Position numbers and translations under genes: made by a program. Positions 19,168 through 29,742 of a stretch of 64,000 nucleotides of DNA are shown here, piece after piece (the first letter of the stretch is position 1; every line of letters starts with the position of its first letter). The notes under the pieces were generated by a model. That model was not told where the DNA came from. It saw only the letters and a list, made by a program, of their open reading frames with translations, and did no database searches. The stretch comes from Bacteroidota bacterium (GTDB lineage: Bacteria; Bacteroidota; Bacteroidia; JAKFFM01): positions 47-64,046 of the forward strand of contig JAKFFM010000048.1 in assembly GCA_036675075.1 (NCBI GenBank), given 5' to 3'.

Positions 19168-20625
19168 ATGAAAGATACAGAAATCGCTTCCGCATATGAA
19201 CCCGTCATTGGACTTGAGGTTCACATTCAGCTGCTTACGAAAAGCAAAGCTTATTCATCAGATCCTACTGAATACGGTGCCTTGCCAAACACAAACGTAA
19301 GCGCCATCTCACTTGGACATCCCGGCACACTTCCGCGAGCAAACAAGAAAGTCATTGAGTTTGCAGTAAAGCTCGGACTAGCCTGCAAATGCGAGATCAC
19401 CGAATTCAACGGCTATGCGAGGAAGAACTATTTCTATGCAGATCTTCCCAAGGGATACCAGATCACACAGGATAAAACGCCCATCTGCACCGGCGGAAAG
19501 ATCACCATCAAAGTGAATGATGCCGAGAAAGATATTCATATCACCCGGATCCACATGGAAGAAGATGCAGGGAAAAGCCTTCATGACCAGGATCCGTACG
19601 ATACACTGATCGACCTGAATCGCGCGGGTGTTCCACTGCTCGAAATTGTTTCCGAACCAGACATCAGAAGCTCTGATGAAGCCTATGCCTACCTTTCTGA
19701 AGTGAGAAAGCTTGTCAGGTATCTGGATATCTGTGATGGTAACATGGAAGAAGGAAGCCTCCGTTGTGATGCAAACGTATCTGTTCGTAAAAAAGGGGAA
19801 AAAGCCTTCGGCCGTCGTGTTGAAGTCAAAAACATGAACTCGATCAGGAACGTTCAGCGTGCAATCGAATTTGAGATCAAAAGACAGGTTGAAGAGATCG
19901 AGGCAGGCAACATCATCTCACAGGACACAAGAAGCTTTGACGCTGAAACAGGTTCAACCTTCGTGATGAGAAGCAAGGAAATGGCCAATGATTACCGCTA
20001 TTTCCCGGAGCCAGATCTCAATCCGGTGATCGTCACGAAGGAATACATCGCAGCTGTTAAAGATGTGCTTCCTCCATTGCCTGCAGAGCTTTTTAAAAAA
20101 TACACAGCAGATTACGGTCTTACGCCTTACGATGTGGGTGTAATCACGGAAACAAAAGAGATCGCGTTATATTTTGAAGCATTAACGCGTCACACAAAGA
20201 ATTACAAGTCTGCAGCTAACTGGGTCATGGGTGCCATCAAATCCTACCTCAATGAAAAAGCCATTACAATCGACAGGTTCACTGTTGCTCCAATCGATGT
20301 GGCAGGATTGATCGAGCTCATTGACAATGGCAAGGTCAGCAATACGCTGGCATCCCAAAAGCTTTTTCCAGAAATGATCAGAACAGGCAGATCGGCCGTA
20401 TCTATCGCGGAAGAACAAAATCTGTTAACAGAATCAGATACCTCTGCTCTTGAAGGTTATATAGAACAAGCCATTCGGAAATACCCTGAAAAGGTTGCTG
20501 AATACAAAGGTGGAAAATCCGGCCTTCTCGGACTGTTCATGGGTGAGGTCATGAAATTATCAAAAGGAAAAGCTGATCCTAAAACAGCCAATGAAATACT
20601 ACGCAAAAAACTAGACGCACTTTAA
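19168..20625 (+). CDS. gatB: Asp-tRNA(Asn)/Glu-tRNA(Gln) amidotransferase subunit B
   Basis: YEPVIGLEVHIQLLTKSKAYSS...ISLGHPGTLP..., 485 aa, with the GatB/YqeY C-terminal domain. Confidence 0.9.
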   Translation: MKDTEIASAYEPVIGLEVHIQLLTKSKAYSSDPTEYGALPNTNVSAISLGHPGTLPRANKKVIEFAVKLGLACKCEITEFNGYARKNYFYADLPKGYQITQDKTPICTGGKITIKVNDAEKDIHITRIHMEEDAGKSLHDQDPYDTLIDLNRAGVPLLEIVSEPDIRSSDEAYAYLSEVRKLVRYLDICDGNMEEGSLRCDANVSVRKKGEKAFGRRVEVKNMNSIRNVQRAIEFEIKRQVEEIEAGNIISQDTRSFDAETGSTFVMRSKEMANDYRYFPEPDLNPVIVTKEYIAAVKDVLPPLPAELFKKYTADYGLTPYDVGVITETKEIALYFEALTRHTKNYKSAANWVMGAIKSYLNEKAITIDRFTVAPIDVAGLIELIDNGKVSNTLASQKLFPEMIRTGRSAVSIAEEQNLLTESDTSALEGYIEQAIRKYPEKVAEYKGGKSGLLGLFMGEVMKLSKGKADPKTANEILRKKLDAL

Positions 20626-20636
20626 TATCAATCTAT

Positions 20637-21755
20637 ATGAGAAAGTTAATTCCTGTCATAATCTATATTCCTCTTATCCTTCTGTCGTGTTCTGGAAAGC
20701 CCAAGGGAAATGAAATCAAAGGCAAGCTTACCAATGCATCTGAAGGAACCATGGTTTACCTGGAGCTCATCACACCATCTGAAGTAGTTATCAAAGACAG
20801 CGTGAAGCTTGGAAAATCAGGTGAATTCAGCTTTACGAATCCTGCAACGTACAGCACCTTCCTTCGAATCAAGACAAAAACACCAAACAACTTCCTCACC
20901 CTGATCAGTGACTCATCTGAAACGATCAGCATACAGGCAGATGCCAATGCACTTGGATTAAACCCGCAGATCAAAGGATCCAAAGGTTCTGAAGCATACT
21001 CTGAGCTGAATGACTATCTGATGAAAAGCTATGGAAAACGTGATTCATTGGAGAAAGTATTTACCACTGCTCCGGCGAATGTCAACAAAGATTCCCTGAT
21101 GCAAGTCCTGCAGGCTCAATACAATCAGCTGATGCTTGAGCAGTACAACTTTGTTACAGGCTTCATCAAACGTAACTCTGAATCAGTTGTATCACTTGCA
21201 GCGATCGAGCAGCTTGACGCTGATAAAGAATTTGCAGTTTATCAGCAGCTTGACAAAGAGCTGGGAAGCAAGATGCCGAACAATCCTTATTACAAAGATT
21301 TTCATCTCAAGGTATCAGAGATGTCAAAATTATCGATCGGAAGCACACCGCCGGAGATCATCATGAACAATCCGGAAGGCAAGCCAATGAAGCTTTCTGA
21401 TCTTAAAGGAAAAGTTGTGCTGGTCGATTTCTGGGCATCATGGTGCAGACCGTGCAGGGCTGAAAATCCGAATGTGGTAAAGGTTTACCAGGCACAAAAA
21501 GACAAAGGCTTTACGGTTTTCAGTGTATCACTGGATCAGTCGAAAGAAGCGTGGATCAAGGCGATCAAGGATGACAAGCTGGAATGGCCTTACCATGTGA
21601 GCGAGCTTGCTTACTGGAATACATCCGTCGTTAAAACTTACAACATCAAAGGAATTCCGTTAACATATCTTCTTGACAAAGAAGGCAAGATTGCAGCGAA
21701 AGGATTAAGAGGTGAAGAACTTGCTCTGAAGATCCAAGACCTACTTTCTAAATGA
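20637..21755 (+). CDS. TlpA-like thiol:disulfide oxidoreductase lipoprotein (N-terminal DUF4369-like domain plus thioredoxin fold)
   Basis: Lipobox ILLSCSG. Thioredoxin active site VVLVDFWASWCRPCRAENP. Confidence 0.8.
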   Translation: MRKLIPVIIYIPLILLSCSGKPKGNEIKGKLTNASEGTMVYLELITPSEVVIKDSVKLGKSGEFSFTNPATYSTFLRIKTKTPNNFLTLISDSSETISIQADANALGLNPQIKGSKGSEAYSELNDYLMKSYGKRDSLEKVFTTAPANVNKDSLMQVLQAQYNQLMLEQYNFVTGFIKRNSESVVSLAAIEQLDADKEFAVYQQLDKELGSKMPNNPYYKDFHLKVSEMSKLSIGSTPPEIIMNNPEGKPMKLSDLKGKVVLVDFWASWCRPCRAENPNVVKVYQAQKDKGFTVFSVSLDQSKEAWIKAIKDDKLEWPYHVSELAYWNTSVVKTYNIKGIPLTYLLDKEGKIAAKGLRGEELALKIQDLLSK

Positions 21756-24742
21756 GAATCATCCATCTACTTTTGATCTTCTGCATCATGCCTGCGTTAG
21801 CTGATGCGAAAGAATACTTTCAACAGTCGCTTCATTACACGATCGATGTCAGGCTTGATGATATAAAGCATGAGCTACATGGATTTGAAACAATCAGATA
21901 CAAGAACAATTCACCGGATGCTCTGCCATTCATTTACTTTCATCTGTGGCCGAATGCCTATAGAGAAACGAATACAGCACTTGGAAAACAGCTGACAGAA
22001 TCAGGTAAGCTGGATTTTCATTTTTCAAAACCAAAGGACAGAGGGTATATCGATAGCCTGAATTTCATGGTTGACGGACAGTCTGTAAAGATGGAAGCCG
22101 ATCCGAAGCATATTGATATCTGCAAGTTGATATTAAACAAACCATTGCAACCCGGTGAAGAGATCACGATCACTACACCCTTTCATGTGAAGATTCCTTC
22201 TGCGAAATTCAGCAGGCTTGGTCATATCGATCAGTCATACCAGATCTCACAGTGGTATCCGAAACCCGCAGTATATGATAACAATGGATGGAACCAGATA
22301 CCCTATCTGAACCAGGGAGAATTCTATTCAGAGTATGGAACATTTGATGTGACCATCACCCTACCAAAGAATTATGTAGTAGGTGCAACGGGTGATCTTG
22401 TGAATGGTGAAAAAGAAACAGAGTGGCTGAATGAAAAGGTAAAAGCCACTGAAGAAAAGAATGGAAATTTCACGACTTCTGATCTGAAGTTTCCTGCATC
22501 GGATGCTGAGATGAAATCACTGCATTATCACCAGGAGAACGTTCATGATTTTGCATGGTTTGCTGATAAACGTTTTCATGTTTTAAAAGGAGAAGTCACA
22601 CTGCCTCACAGCAAGCGCAAAGTAACTACCTGGACCATGTTCACCAATGCGGAAGCCAACCTGTGGTCGAAAAGCATTGAATACATGAACGATGCTATTT
22701 ACTATTATTCTTTGTGGAACGGAGATTATCCTTACAACCATGCGACAGCTGTGGATGGTACATTGAGCGCAGGTGCAGGAATGGAATATCCGAATGTTAC
22801 GGTAATAGGAACATCAGGAAGTGCATTCATGCTTGAAGTGGTGATCGTACATGAAGTAGGACACAACTGGTTTTATGGGATCCTTGGAAGCAATGAACGA
22901 ACACACCCGTGGATGGATGAAGGCCTGAACTCTTTCAATGAATTACGTTATGTAAGGAACAAGTATCCAGACAGAAAACTTGCGGGATCTTCAGCCGAAA
23001 ACGGTCCTGGGAAAATATTTGATTTCGCACACCTGAAGCAGAAAGCACAATACGAACTTTCCTACCTGGTAAATGCACGACGTGGACTTGACCAGCCTAT
23101 GGAATTGCCGGCTCATGAATTTACAGAGCTCAACTACGGTGGAATTGTGTACAGCAAATCAGCGCTTGTGTTTGACTACCTGAGAGCCTTTCTCGGGAAC
23201 GATACATTTGATAAAGCCATGCAGCGGTATTTTGAAGAATGGAAATTTAAACATCCAGCCCCTGCCGACCTTCGGAGATCGATTGAAGAAAGCACAGGTA
23301 AAAAGCTCGACTGGTTCTTTGATGATATGATCAACACAACGAAAAAAGTTGATTACAAGATCTGTCATGTCAACAAAACAAAGGGATATCCTGAAGTCAC
23401 GATCAAAAACAAAGGTGGCATATCAGGGCCTGTGCAGGTCAATGGCATCATCGATGGAAAGATGCGAACAAGCGTTTGGTATGACCTGAGCAAGGTTGAA
23501 GGAAAGAAAGCTGTAGTAGGAATTCCTGCCGGAGATTATGACAGGATCGTCATTGATCACCCGGGCGAGATCCCCGAGATCAGCAGGAAGAACAACACCT
23601 ACAAGATGAAGGGGCTGTTTAAAAAGACAGAACCTTTACGATTGCAGTTTTTAGGTGCAGTAGAAAATCCTGATAGAACACAACTGTTTTTTGCGCCTAT
23701 TGGCGGATGGAACTATTATGATAAAGGTATGGCCGGGATCGCCGTGTATAACCACTTTTTCCCGGAGCGAAAGTTTCAATACACCTTTGCTCCGATGTAT
23801 GGTTTTGGCTCAAAGACATTAACAGGATTTGCATCTGTGTCACAGACCTTCTATCCTAAAACTTTTTTTCGAAATATCAGGATTGGTGTAAGTGGCAGAA
23901 GGTTTTCCACAGCTGCTTTTCCAGATGCCGGAATCTCCTCAGGAACCTATTTCAAAATTGATCCGGAGATCACCTTCGAGCTGAGGAAAAAAAGGATGAG
24001 AAGCTCCTTCACACAAGAGATCACACTTCGTGAAGTGATGGTTGATGAACATTACAAACTGCTTCCGGACGCCATAATGAATGGCCAGGATCAATACATA
24101 CGGATAGGCCAGGTTACGTATTCAGCAAAGAACAAACGCAAACTCAATCCTTATGGATTCAGCATCACTGCAGAGAACAGCCAGACCAGTGGTTCAGAAT
24201 ACACAAAGCTTATGGCATCAGCAAGCTATTACATCAGCTATCGTGGCAAGAAAAATAAAGGACTTGATATTCGTGTATTTGGTGGAAAGATGTTCAGTGA
24301 ACCAGCAGACTCCCGCTTTATGTTTGGATTTGGATATCCATCATCAGGGATGTTCGATTACACCTATGACCACCTTTACCTGGGCAGGTATGAAACATCC
24401 GGATTTCTCAGCCAGCAGGTCGTTCAGAAAGATGCTGGATTCATTCACCAGACAAATGCATCCTTCAGGAACACGTCCATCGCAGCGCTCAATGTGAATG
24501 CAGCGGTGCCTGTAAAGCTGCCTGTTTCAGTATATGCAAACACCGGCATGGCAAACAATGTGAACGATGTGATCTTTGAAACAGGAGCAAGCTTTTCGAT
24601 TATAAAAAACATCTGTGAAGTTTATTTTCCGATCTATCAGACACATCCTGCCACAGGACTTTCCTATGCAGAAAAGATCAGGTTTACTTTGAACATTCAC
24701 CTTGCAAATCCGTTTGACCTTGCCCGTGATTTTAACATGTGA
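21752..24742 (+). CDS. M1-family (gluzincin) metallopeptidase-like protein, 996 aa, secreted
   Basis: Signal peptide. HEXXH-x18-E zinc motif VIVHEVGHNWFYGILGSNERTHPWMDEGLNSF. Confidence 0.75.
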   Translation: MRIIHLLLIFCIMPALADAKEYFQQSLHYTIDVRLDDIKHELHGFETIRYKNNSPDALPFIYFHLWPNAYRETNTALGKQLTESGKLDFHFSKPKDRGYIDSLNFMVDGQSVKMEADPKHIDICKLILNKPLQPGEEITITTPFHVKIPSAKFSRLGHIDQSYQISQWYPKPAVYDNNGWNQIPYLNQGEFYSEYGTFDVTITLPKNYVVGATGDLVNGEKETEWLNEKVKATEEKNGNFTTSDLKFPASDAEMKSLHYHQENVHDFAWFADKRFHVLKGEVTLPHSKRKVTTWTMFTNAEANLWSKSIEYMNDAIYYYSLWNGDYPYNHATAVDGTLSAGAGMEYPNVTVIGTSGSAFMLEVVIVHEVGHNWFYGILGSNERTHPWMDEGLNSFNELRYVRNKYPDRKLAGSSAENGPGKIFDFAHLKQKAQYELSYLVNARRGLDQPMELPAHEFTELNYGGIVYSKSALVFDYLRAFLGNDTFDKAMQRYFEEWKFKHPAPADLRRSIEESTGKKLDWFFDDMINTTKKVDYKICHVNKTKGYPEVTIKNKGGISGPVQVNGIIDGKMRTSVWYDLSKVEGKKAVVGIPAGDYDRIVIDHPGEIPEISRKNNTYKMKGLFKKTEPLRLQFLGAVENPDRTQLFFAPIGGWNYYDKGMAGIAVYNHFFPERKFQYTFAPMYGFGSKTLTGFASVSQTFYPKTFFRNIRIGVSGRRFSTAAFPDAGISSGTYFKIDPEITFELRKKRMRSSFTQEITLREVMVDEHYKLLPDAIMNGQDQYIRIGQVTYSAKNKRKLNPYGFSITAENSQTSGSEYTKLMASASYYISYRGKKNKGLDIRVFGGKMFSEPADSRFMFGFGYPSSGMFDYTYDHLYLGRYETSGFLSQQVVQKDAGFIHQTNASFRNTSIAALNVNAAVPVKLPVSVYANTGMANNVNDVIFETGASFSIIKNICEVYFPIYQTHPATGLSYAEKIRFTLNIHLANPFDLARDFNM

Positions 24743-25512
24743 TGAAATTAGCGGCAGGTAAAAAGATCTATTTCGCATCAGACTTCCATCTCGGTGTGCC
24801 ATCAAAAGCGGCAAGCCTTGAACGGGAAAAACGAATCGTAAGGTGGCTTGATCAGGTAAAGCAGGATGCTGCGGAGATTTACCTCGTTGGCGACATCTTT
24901 GATTTCTGGTTCGAGTACAGGCATGCGGTTCCCAAAGGCTTCGTGAGGCTCCAGGGAAAAATAGCGGAGATCACTGACAGTGGGATACCAGTACACTATT
25001 TCACAGGAAACCATGATATGTGGGTGTTCGATTATATTCCGGAGGAGCTGGGTGTAAGCCTGTTTCGGGAACCAGTTGAAAGAGAATATTCCGGCAGGAA
25101 ATTCCTGATCGGACATGGTGACGGATTAGGGCCTGGAGACAAAGGATACAAGTTCATCAAAAAAGTTTTCTCATCGAAAGTGTGTCAATGGATGTTTGGA
25201 AAGCTGCATCCAGACTGGGGTATAGGACTTGCAAACTTCTGGAGCGGACGAAGCAGAGAAACGAAAAGCTTACCTGATGAAGTTTTTCTCGGGGAAGAAA
25301 ATGAATGGCTCGTTCAGTACTGCAAAGAAGTCATCAAGGAAAAACACTTCGACTATTTTATTTTTGGACATCGGCACCTCCCACTCGACATCAAGATCGG
25401 TGACAAATCAAGATACATCAACCTCGGAGACTGGATCAGGTACAACACCTATGCTGTTTTTGACGGAGATCATTTGCTTCTCAAAAAATTTGAAACATTC
25501 CAGGCAGAGTAA
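24739..25512 (+). CDS. Calcineurin-like metallophosphoesterase, LpxH-like UDP-2,3-diacylglucosamine hydrolase
   Basis: Motifs ASDFHLG, LVGDIFDFW, GNHDMW, GHGD and GHRH in the order expected for the LpxH/YbbF family. Confidence 0.7.
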   Translation: MMKLAAGKKIYFASDFHLGVPSKAASLEREKRIVRWLDQVKQDAAEIYLVGDIFDFWFEYRHAVPKGFVRLQGKIAEITDSGIPVHYFTGNHDMWVFDYIPEELGVSLFREPVEREYSGRKFLIGHGDGLGPGDKGYKFIKKVFSSKVCQWMFGKLHPDWGIGLANFWSGRSRETKSLPDEVFLGEENEWLVQYCKEVIKEKHFDYFIFGHRHLPLDIKIGDKSRYINLGDWIRYNTYAVFDGDHLLLKKFETFQAE

Positions 25513-25551
25513 TTCCTTTATTAAAATTATATTAGAATAGAATCTGTCGAT

Positions 25552-27549
25552 GTGAAACTGCCAGCTTTCCTGTTCCTTATTCTTTTATCCTTTTGTAATG
25601 TCATGCCTGCGCAGGATAAAATGAAAGGAGACACCTTGGAAACCCGGCTCCACCAGTCGAAAGAAGATACATCCAAAGTGCATTTGCTGAATGACATCAC
25701 CTGGCAGTATCTGAAATCCAACACGACGAAATCACTGTCATATGGTAAAGAGGCACTTGCACTTGCTCAGAAGCTGAAGTTCGGAAAAGGTGAAGCAAGA
25801 AGTCATCTCAACCTTGGCAATATCTACTATGTGCTGGGTGATTACAAGCGCTCTCTTGATCATTATTTAGAAGCGCAGGAGTATTATACTTCTGTCGATG
25901 ACAGGAAAGGAATTGCGAGCTGCCTGCTAGCAGTAGGAAATATTTATTTTGCCCAGAATAACCTTGATGAATCGCTGAACTACCAGCTTAAATCATTGAA
26001 GATCCGGGAAGAGCTAAATGACAAAGCAGGTATCAGCGGTTGTTACACAAACCTTGGAAATATTCATTTTGAACGAAAGGAATACGACAAAGCACTTGAC
26101 TACCATCTTAAATCGATTGTCCTGAAAGAAGAACTTGGAGATAAAAAGGGACTCTCTTCAAGCTATGGCAACATCGGCAACATCTATTATGAGCTGGGCA
26201 ACAATGAGCTGGCACTCGATTATACTCTGAAGGCAACAGGGATCAGGTATGCATTGGGAAACAAAAGTGGCTTGTCAGGAAGCTATGTAAGTCTTGGACA
26301 GATCTATGAAAAGATGGGTAGGACTGAAAAAGCCATACAGTCTTATAAAGATGCCATTGAAATAGCGAAGGAAATAAATTTCAGGGACGGGATGAAAGGA
26401 GCCTATGCTGCCCTTGCAAAAGCTTACGAGAATAAAGGAGATATTCCAAATGCATACGAAGCATACAAGCGTTATACCGGGCTTAAGGATTCATTGATGA
26501 ATGAAACAACCTCTGAACAGCTCACAGAGATGAATGCCCGGTTTGAATCGGAAAAGAAAGAAAAAGAGATAGCGCTTCTGACGAAAAATGAAAAAATCAA
26601 TCAGCTTGAAATCCAGCAGCATGAGGCAACTCTGAAGAAGCAGCGCATCATTGTGTACTTCATTATTGCAGCACTGCTTGGTATTGCCTTATTCTCTTAT
26701 GTGCTTTACAACAGGTATCAGTTGAAGAAGAAAGCCAACAACAGGCTTGAAGAGGCATATAACCAGATCGAAGAAAAGAACAAGGACATCACCGACAGCA
26801 TACGTTATGCAAAGAGGATCCAGGAAGCGATATTTCCTGGAGAAGAAAGTTTGCGTGAAGTCTTTTCAGATTCATTTGTTCTTTATAAACCCAAAGCCAT
26901 TGTCAGCGGAGATTTCTTCTGGACCTACAGAACAGATGATCATTACCTGTTTGCTGTCGCGGATTGTACAGGACATGGAGTACCCGGAGCATTGATGAGC
27001 ATCGTATGTTATAATCTCATTAACCAGGCTGTAACAGAACGCAAGCTCAGGCAGCCATCGCATATCCTGACATATCTTGATAAAGGTGTCAGGGAAACAT
27101 TCAAAAGACCAGGTGAACATCATCTTCGGGATGGGATGGATATTGCATTCTGCAGCCTTGACCTTAAGAAAGGCGAGATCGAATTTTCGGGAGCGAACAA
27201 TCCAGTCTGGATCGTCAGAACGAGCCATGACGGCAAGAAAGAGATCGTTGAACTAAAAGGCAACAAGCAGCCGATCGGGTTATTCAGGGACGTTTCAGAA
27301 TCTTTTGTTTCCAAAGCATTGAATATTTCAAAAGGAGATACGATCTATTTATTTACAGATGGCTATGCGGATCAGTTCGGCGGGCCGGAAGGGAAGAAAT
27401 TCAAATACAAGAGATTAAAAGAACTTCTGTATACATCCTCACACCTGGCGATGAACGAGCAGCTTGCGCTTATTGAAAAGCGTCTGGAAGAATGGAAAGG
27501 CGCCTACGAGCAGGTCGATGACATCCTTCTTCTTGGAGTGAAGATCTAA
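25552..27549 (+). CDS. Sensor phosphatase: signal peptide, periplasmic TPR repeats, one TM helix, coiled coil, C-terminal SpoIIE/PP2C phosphatase domain
   Basis: TPR-like repeats (NLGNIYYVLGDYKRSLDHY... x6); TM segment IIVYFIIAALLGIALFSYVLY; PP2C motifs FVLYKPKAIVSGDFFW, VADCTGHGVPGALMS, DGMDIAFC and FTDGYADQFGG. Confidence 0.8.
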   Translation: MKLPAFLFLILLSFCNVMPAQDKMKGDTLETRLHQSKEDTSKVHLLNDITWQYLKSNTTKSLSYGKEALALAQKLKFGKGEARSHLNLGNIYYVLGDYKRSLDHYLEAQEYYTSVDDRKGIASCLLAVGNIYFAQNNLDESLNYQLKSLKIREELNDKAGISGCYTNLGNIHFERKEYDKALDYHLKSIVLKEELGDKKGLSSSYGNIGNIYYELGNNELALDYTLKATGIRYALGNKSGLSGSYVSLGQIYEKMGRTEKAIQSYKDAIEIAKEINFRDGMKGAYAALAKAYENKGDIPNAYEAYKRYTGLKDSLMNETTSEQLTEMNARFESEKKEKEIALLTKNEKINQLEIQQHEATLKKQRIIVYFIIAALLGIALFSYVLYNRYQLKKKANNRLEEAYNQIEEKNKDITDSIRYAKRIQEAIFPGEESLREVFSDSFVLYKPKAIVSGDFFWTYRTDDHYLFAVADCTGHGVPGALMSIVCYNLINQAVTERKLRQPSHILTYLDKGVRETFKRPGEHHLRDGMDIAFCSLDLKKGEIEFSGANNPVWIVRTSHDGKKEIVELKGNKQPIGLFRDVSESFVSKALNISKGDTIYLFTDGYADQFGGPEGKKFKYKRLKELLYTSSHLAMNEQLALIEKRLEEWKGAYEQVDDILLLGVKI

Positions 27550-27700
27550 TAGATTTTCATTGAGCCAGGTCAGATCATTTGTAATTACACTCTCATATAT
27601 TAACCTCAGTTGATTTCAGAAGGACACTGAATTATTGAAACACTTAAGTAACCGTTACTCATTGTAAGACCACCGCATCGGACTATCTTGACATCATTAA

Positions 27701-28165
27701 TTGAACAAGATGGCAGGAACATATTCACAACTTCACATTCAGCTCATTTTAGTTGTAAAGAGAAGACAACGATTAATAAAAAAGGAGTGGAAAGAAAATC
27801 TGTTCCGGTTTATGAATACGCTTATCCAATGTAACAATGCGAAACCAATTATTATAAACGGAGTAGAAGATCATGTTCATTTACTCATCGGAATCAGGCC
27901 GGTAGTAAAGATCTCCGAGCTTGCCCGACTGATTAAGACCAGCTCAACCAACTTTATCAACGACATCATCAAACCAGAAAAGAAATTCACCTGGCAGGAT
28001 GGCTACGCCGTCTTCTCATATAGCAAATCCGATTTACCCCGCCTCATCCGCTATATCGAAAACCAGGAAGAACACCATCGGAAAAAAGATTTAAAAGCGG
28101 AATACAAGCAGCTCCTCATCAAGCACCAGGTCGAGTTCGATCCAAAATACCTCATCGACGAATAA
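27701..28165 (+). CDS. IS200/IS605-family HUH tyrosine transposase homologue, REP-associated tyrosine transposase (RAYT)-like
   Basis: HUH motif VEDHVHLLIGI, catalytic Tyr motif RLIRYIENQEEHH, ~150 aa. No tnpB partner. Followed by an array of palindrome-containing repeats. Confidence 0.75.
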   Translation: MNKMAGTYSQLHIQLILVVKRRQRLIKKEWKENLFRFMNTLIQCNNAKPIIINGVEDHVHLLIGIRPVVKISELARLIKTSSTNFINDIIKPEKKFTWQDGYAVFSYSKSDLPRLIRYIENQEEHHRKKDLKAEYKQLLIKHQVEFDPKYLIDE

Positions 28166-28229
28166 AGAAATATTTCCGTTTTAATTAACGAAACAAAAGT
28201 AAAAGAAGTGGTAAGGAATGTCAGTCCGT

Positions 28230-28900
28230 TCTACCCGCCACCCTCATCAGTACCTGGTGATATCTCGATCCATCTTCACCAGGAACTGGTGATACACCGG
28301 TCAAGCCAGAAATTTAGTAGCTCTTTACCCTTCAACCTCTCCAAGCCCCCTCTACTCGTATTATTTTTTTTATCCCCCCGCCAAGCTCACCAGGAACTGG
28401 TGATACACCGGTCAAGCCAGAAATTTAGTAGCTCTTTACCCTTCAACCTCTCCAAGCCCCCTCTACTCGTATTATTTTTTTCCCCCGCCGAGCTCACCAG
28501 GAACTGGTGATACACCGGTCAAGCTAGAAATTTAGTAGCTCTTAACCCTTCAACCCCTCAAGCCCCCTCTACTCGTATTATTTTTATCCCCCGCCAAGCT
28601 CACCAGGAACTGGTGATACACCGGTCAAGCCAGAAATTTAGACCTATTAACCCTTCAACCTCTCCAAGCCCCCTCTACTCGTATTATTTTTATCCCCCAG
28701 CCAAACTCACCAGGAAATGGTGATATACCGGCCAAGCCAGAAATTTAGACCTATTAACCCTTCAACCCCTCTAAGCCCCCTCAACTCGTATTATTTTTTT
28801 ATCCTCCCGCCAAGCTCACCAGGAACTGGTGATATATCGGTCCACCCTCACCCCGAACTGGTGATACATCGGTCCAATTACCTCTTAGAAAAATCCATAT
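28230..28900. repeat. Six tandem ~110-bp REP-like units, each containing the palindrome CACCAGGAACTGGTG(ATACACCGGTC)
   Basis: Units start at about 28267, 28388, 28497, 28601, 28707 and 28816 with >85% identity. The inner palindrome is CACCAG-GAA-CTGGTG with an ACCGGT core. The last unit is degenerate and carries two palindrome copies. Confidence 0.85.
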
Positions 28901-29282
28901 AAACCGCATTCCATCGATGCCCATCAGGATCCGCAACACCACAACCATACATCCATCCCTGAACCTCCGCAGCCTCACTAAACACCGTTCCACCCGAAGC
29001 TTCCGCATTCTTCACCAGCTGATCCACATCTTCACGCGATTCAGCTCCTATCGAAAAAAGCACTTCAGATGATAACGAAGTATCTGACACCTTACTCCTT
29101 GTAAACGACTCAAACATATCCTCCTTGAATAGCATCAGGATCATCTCTTTATTCCCTATCATATAGCTCAATGAATCCTGACCACTATACTTCTCATTCA
29201 GTTTGAAGCCAATTCCTGAATAGAATTTCTTTGATCGCTCAATATCCTTAACCGGTAAATTTATCCAAAGGTCTTTTAGCAT
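28878..29282 (-). CDS. VOC (glyoxalase/bleomycin-resistance/dioxygenase) family protein
   Basis: 134 aa with MLKDLWINLPVKDIERSKKFYSGIGFKLNE, the typical beta-alpha-beta-beta-beta VOC N-terminus. Confidence 0.65.
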   Translation of the reverse strand: MLKDLWINLPVKDIERSKKFYSGIGFKLNEKYSGQDSLSYMIGNKEMILMLFKEDMFESFTRSKVSDTSLSSEVLFSIGAESREDVDQLVKNAEASGGTVFSEAAEVQGWMYGCGVADPDGHRWNAVYMDFSKR

Positions 29283-29307
29283 ATTGTTTTGTATTAATGG
29301 TGATCAC

Positions 29308-29736
29308 TTAATCGCGGAATAAATCGATCAGCAGGCTAAATGTATCAAGTGATGACTCCTTGCTGTCATGCTTGTCGAAATCAAGCGGCTTTAAGATATA
29401 TCCGGAAATACCCAGCTGCTGTGCGGCTATTTTATCATACTCCTCCTCAGAGGTTGTCATGATAAAGATCTTGATATGATTAAACGTAAAGTAGCTTCTG
29501 ATGATCCTGAGAAACTCAAGTCCATTCATCTTAGGCATGTTTATATCGAGAAGTATGATGTCAGGATTGATCTTCACTCCTCCAGGTGCATTACCATTCA
29601 GCAGTGAGAGTGCATCCACGCCGTTGTGCGCGACATGCAGTGTACAATTGACCTTTAGCTTTTTAAGCGCCCGTTCAACGCTCATCACATCCAGGTAATC
29701 ATCTTCAACAAGTAAAATCGTCTTATGCTTCATCAA
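29308..29736 (-). CDS. Stand-alone response-regulator receiver (CheY-like) protein
   Basis: ILLVEDDYLDVMSVERAL...DIILLDINMPKMNGLEFLRIIR...IFIMTTSEE...K, with Asp, Thr and Lys in the canonical positions and no output domain. Confidence 0.8.
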   Translation of the reverse strand: MMKHKTILLVEDDYLDVMSVERALKKLKVNCTLHVAHNGVDALSLLNGNAPGGVKINPDIILLDINMPKMNGLEFLRIIRSYFTFNHIKIFIMTTSEEEYDKIAAQQLGISGYILKPLDFDKHDSKESSLDTFSLLIDLFRD

Positions 29737-29742
29737 ACTATA

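Noticed and set aside
28208-28510. ORF-track CDS (100 aa) inside the REP-like array, together with the 61-aa ORF at 28717..28902
   Set aside because: The translation simply repeats with the DNA (QELVIHRSSQKFSSSLPFNLSKPPLLVLFF twice). It is low-complexity with no start context, so it is an artefact of translating tandem repeats.
28208-28900. Possible CRISPR array, based on regular ~110-bp periodicity with a conserved palindromic core
   Set aside because: The entire unit, including the would-be spacers, is repeated at >85% identity. The period is far longer than CRISPR repeat plus spacer conventions, there are no unique spacers, and no cas genes are nearby. It was interpreted as a REP/BIME-like array associated with the adjacent RAYT.
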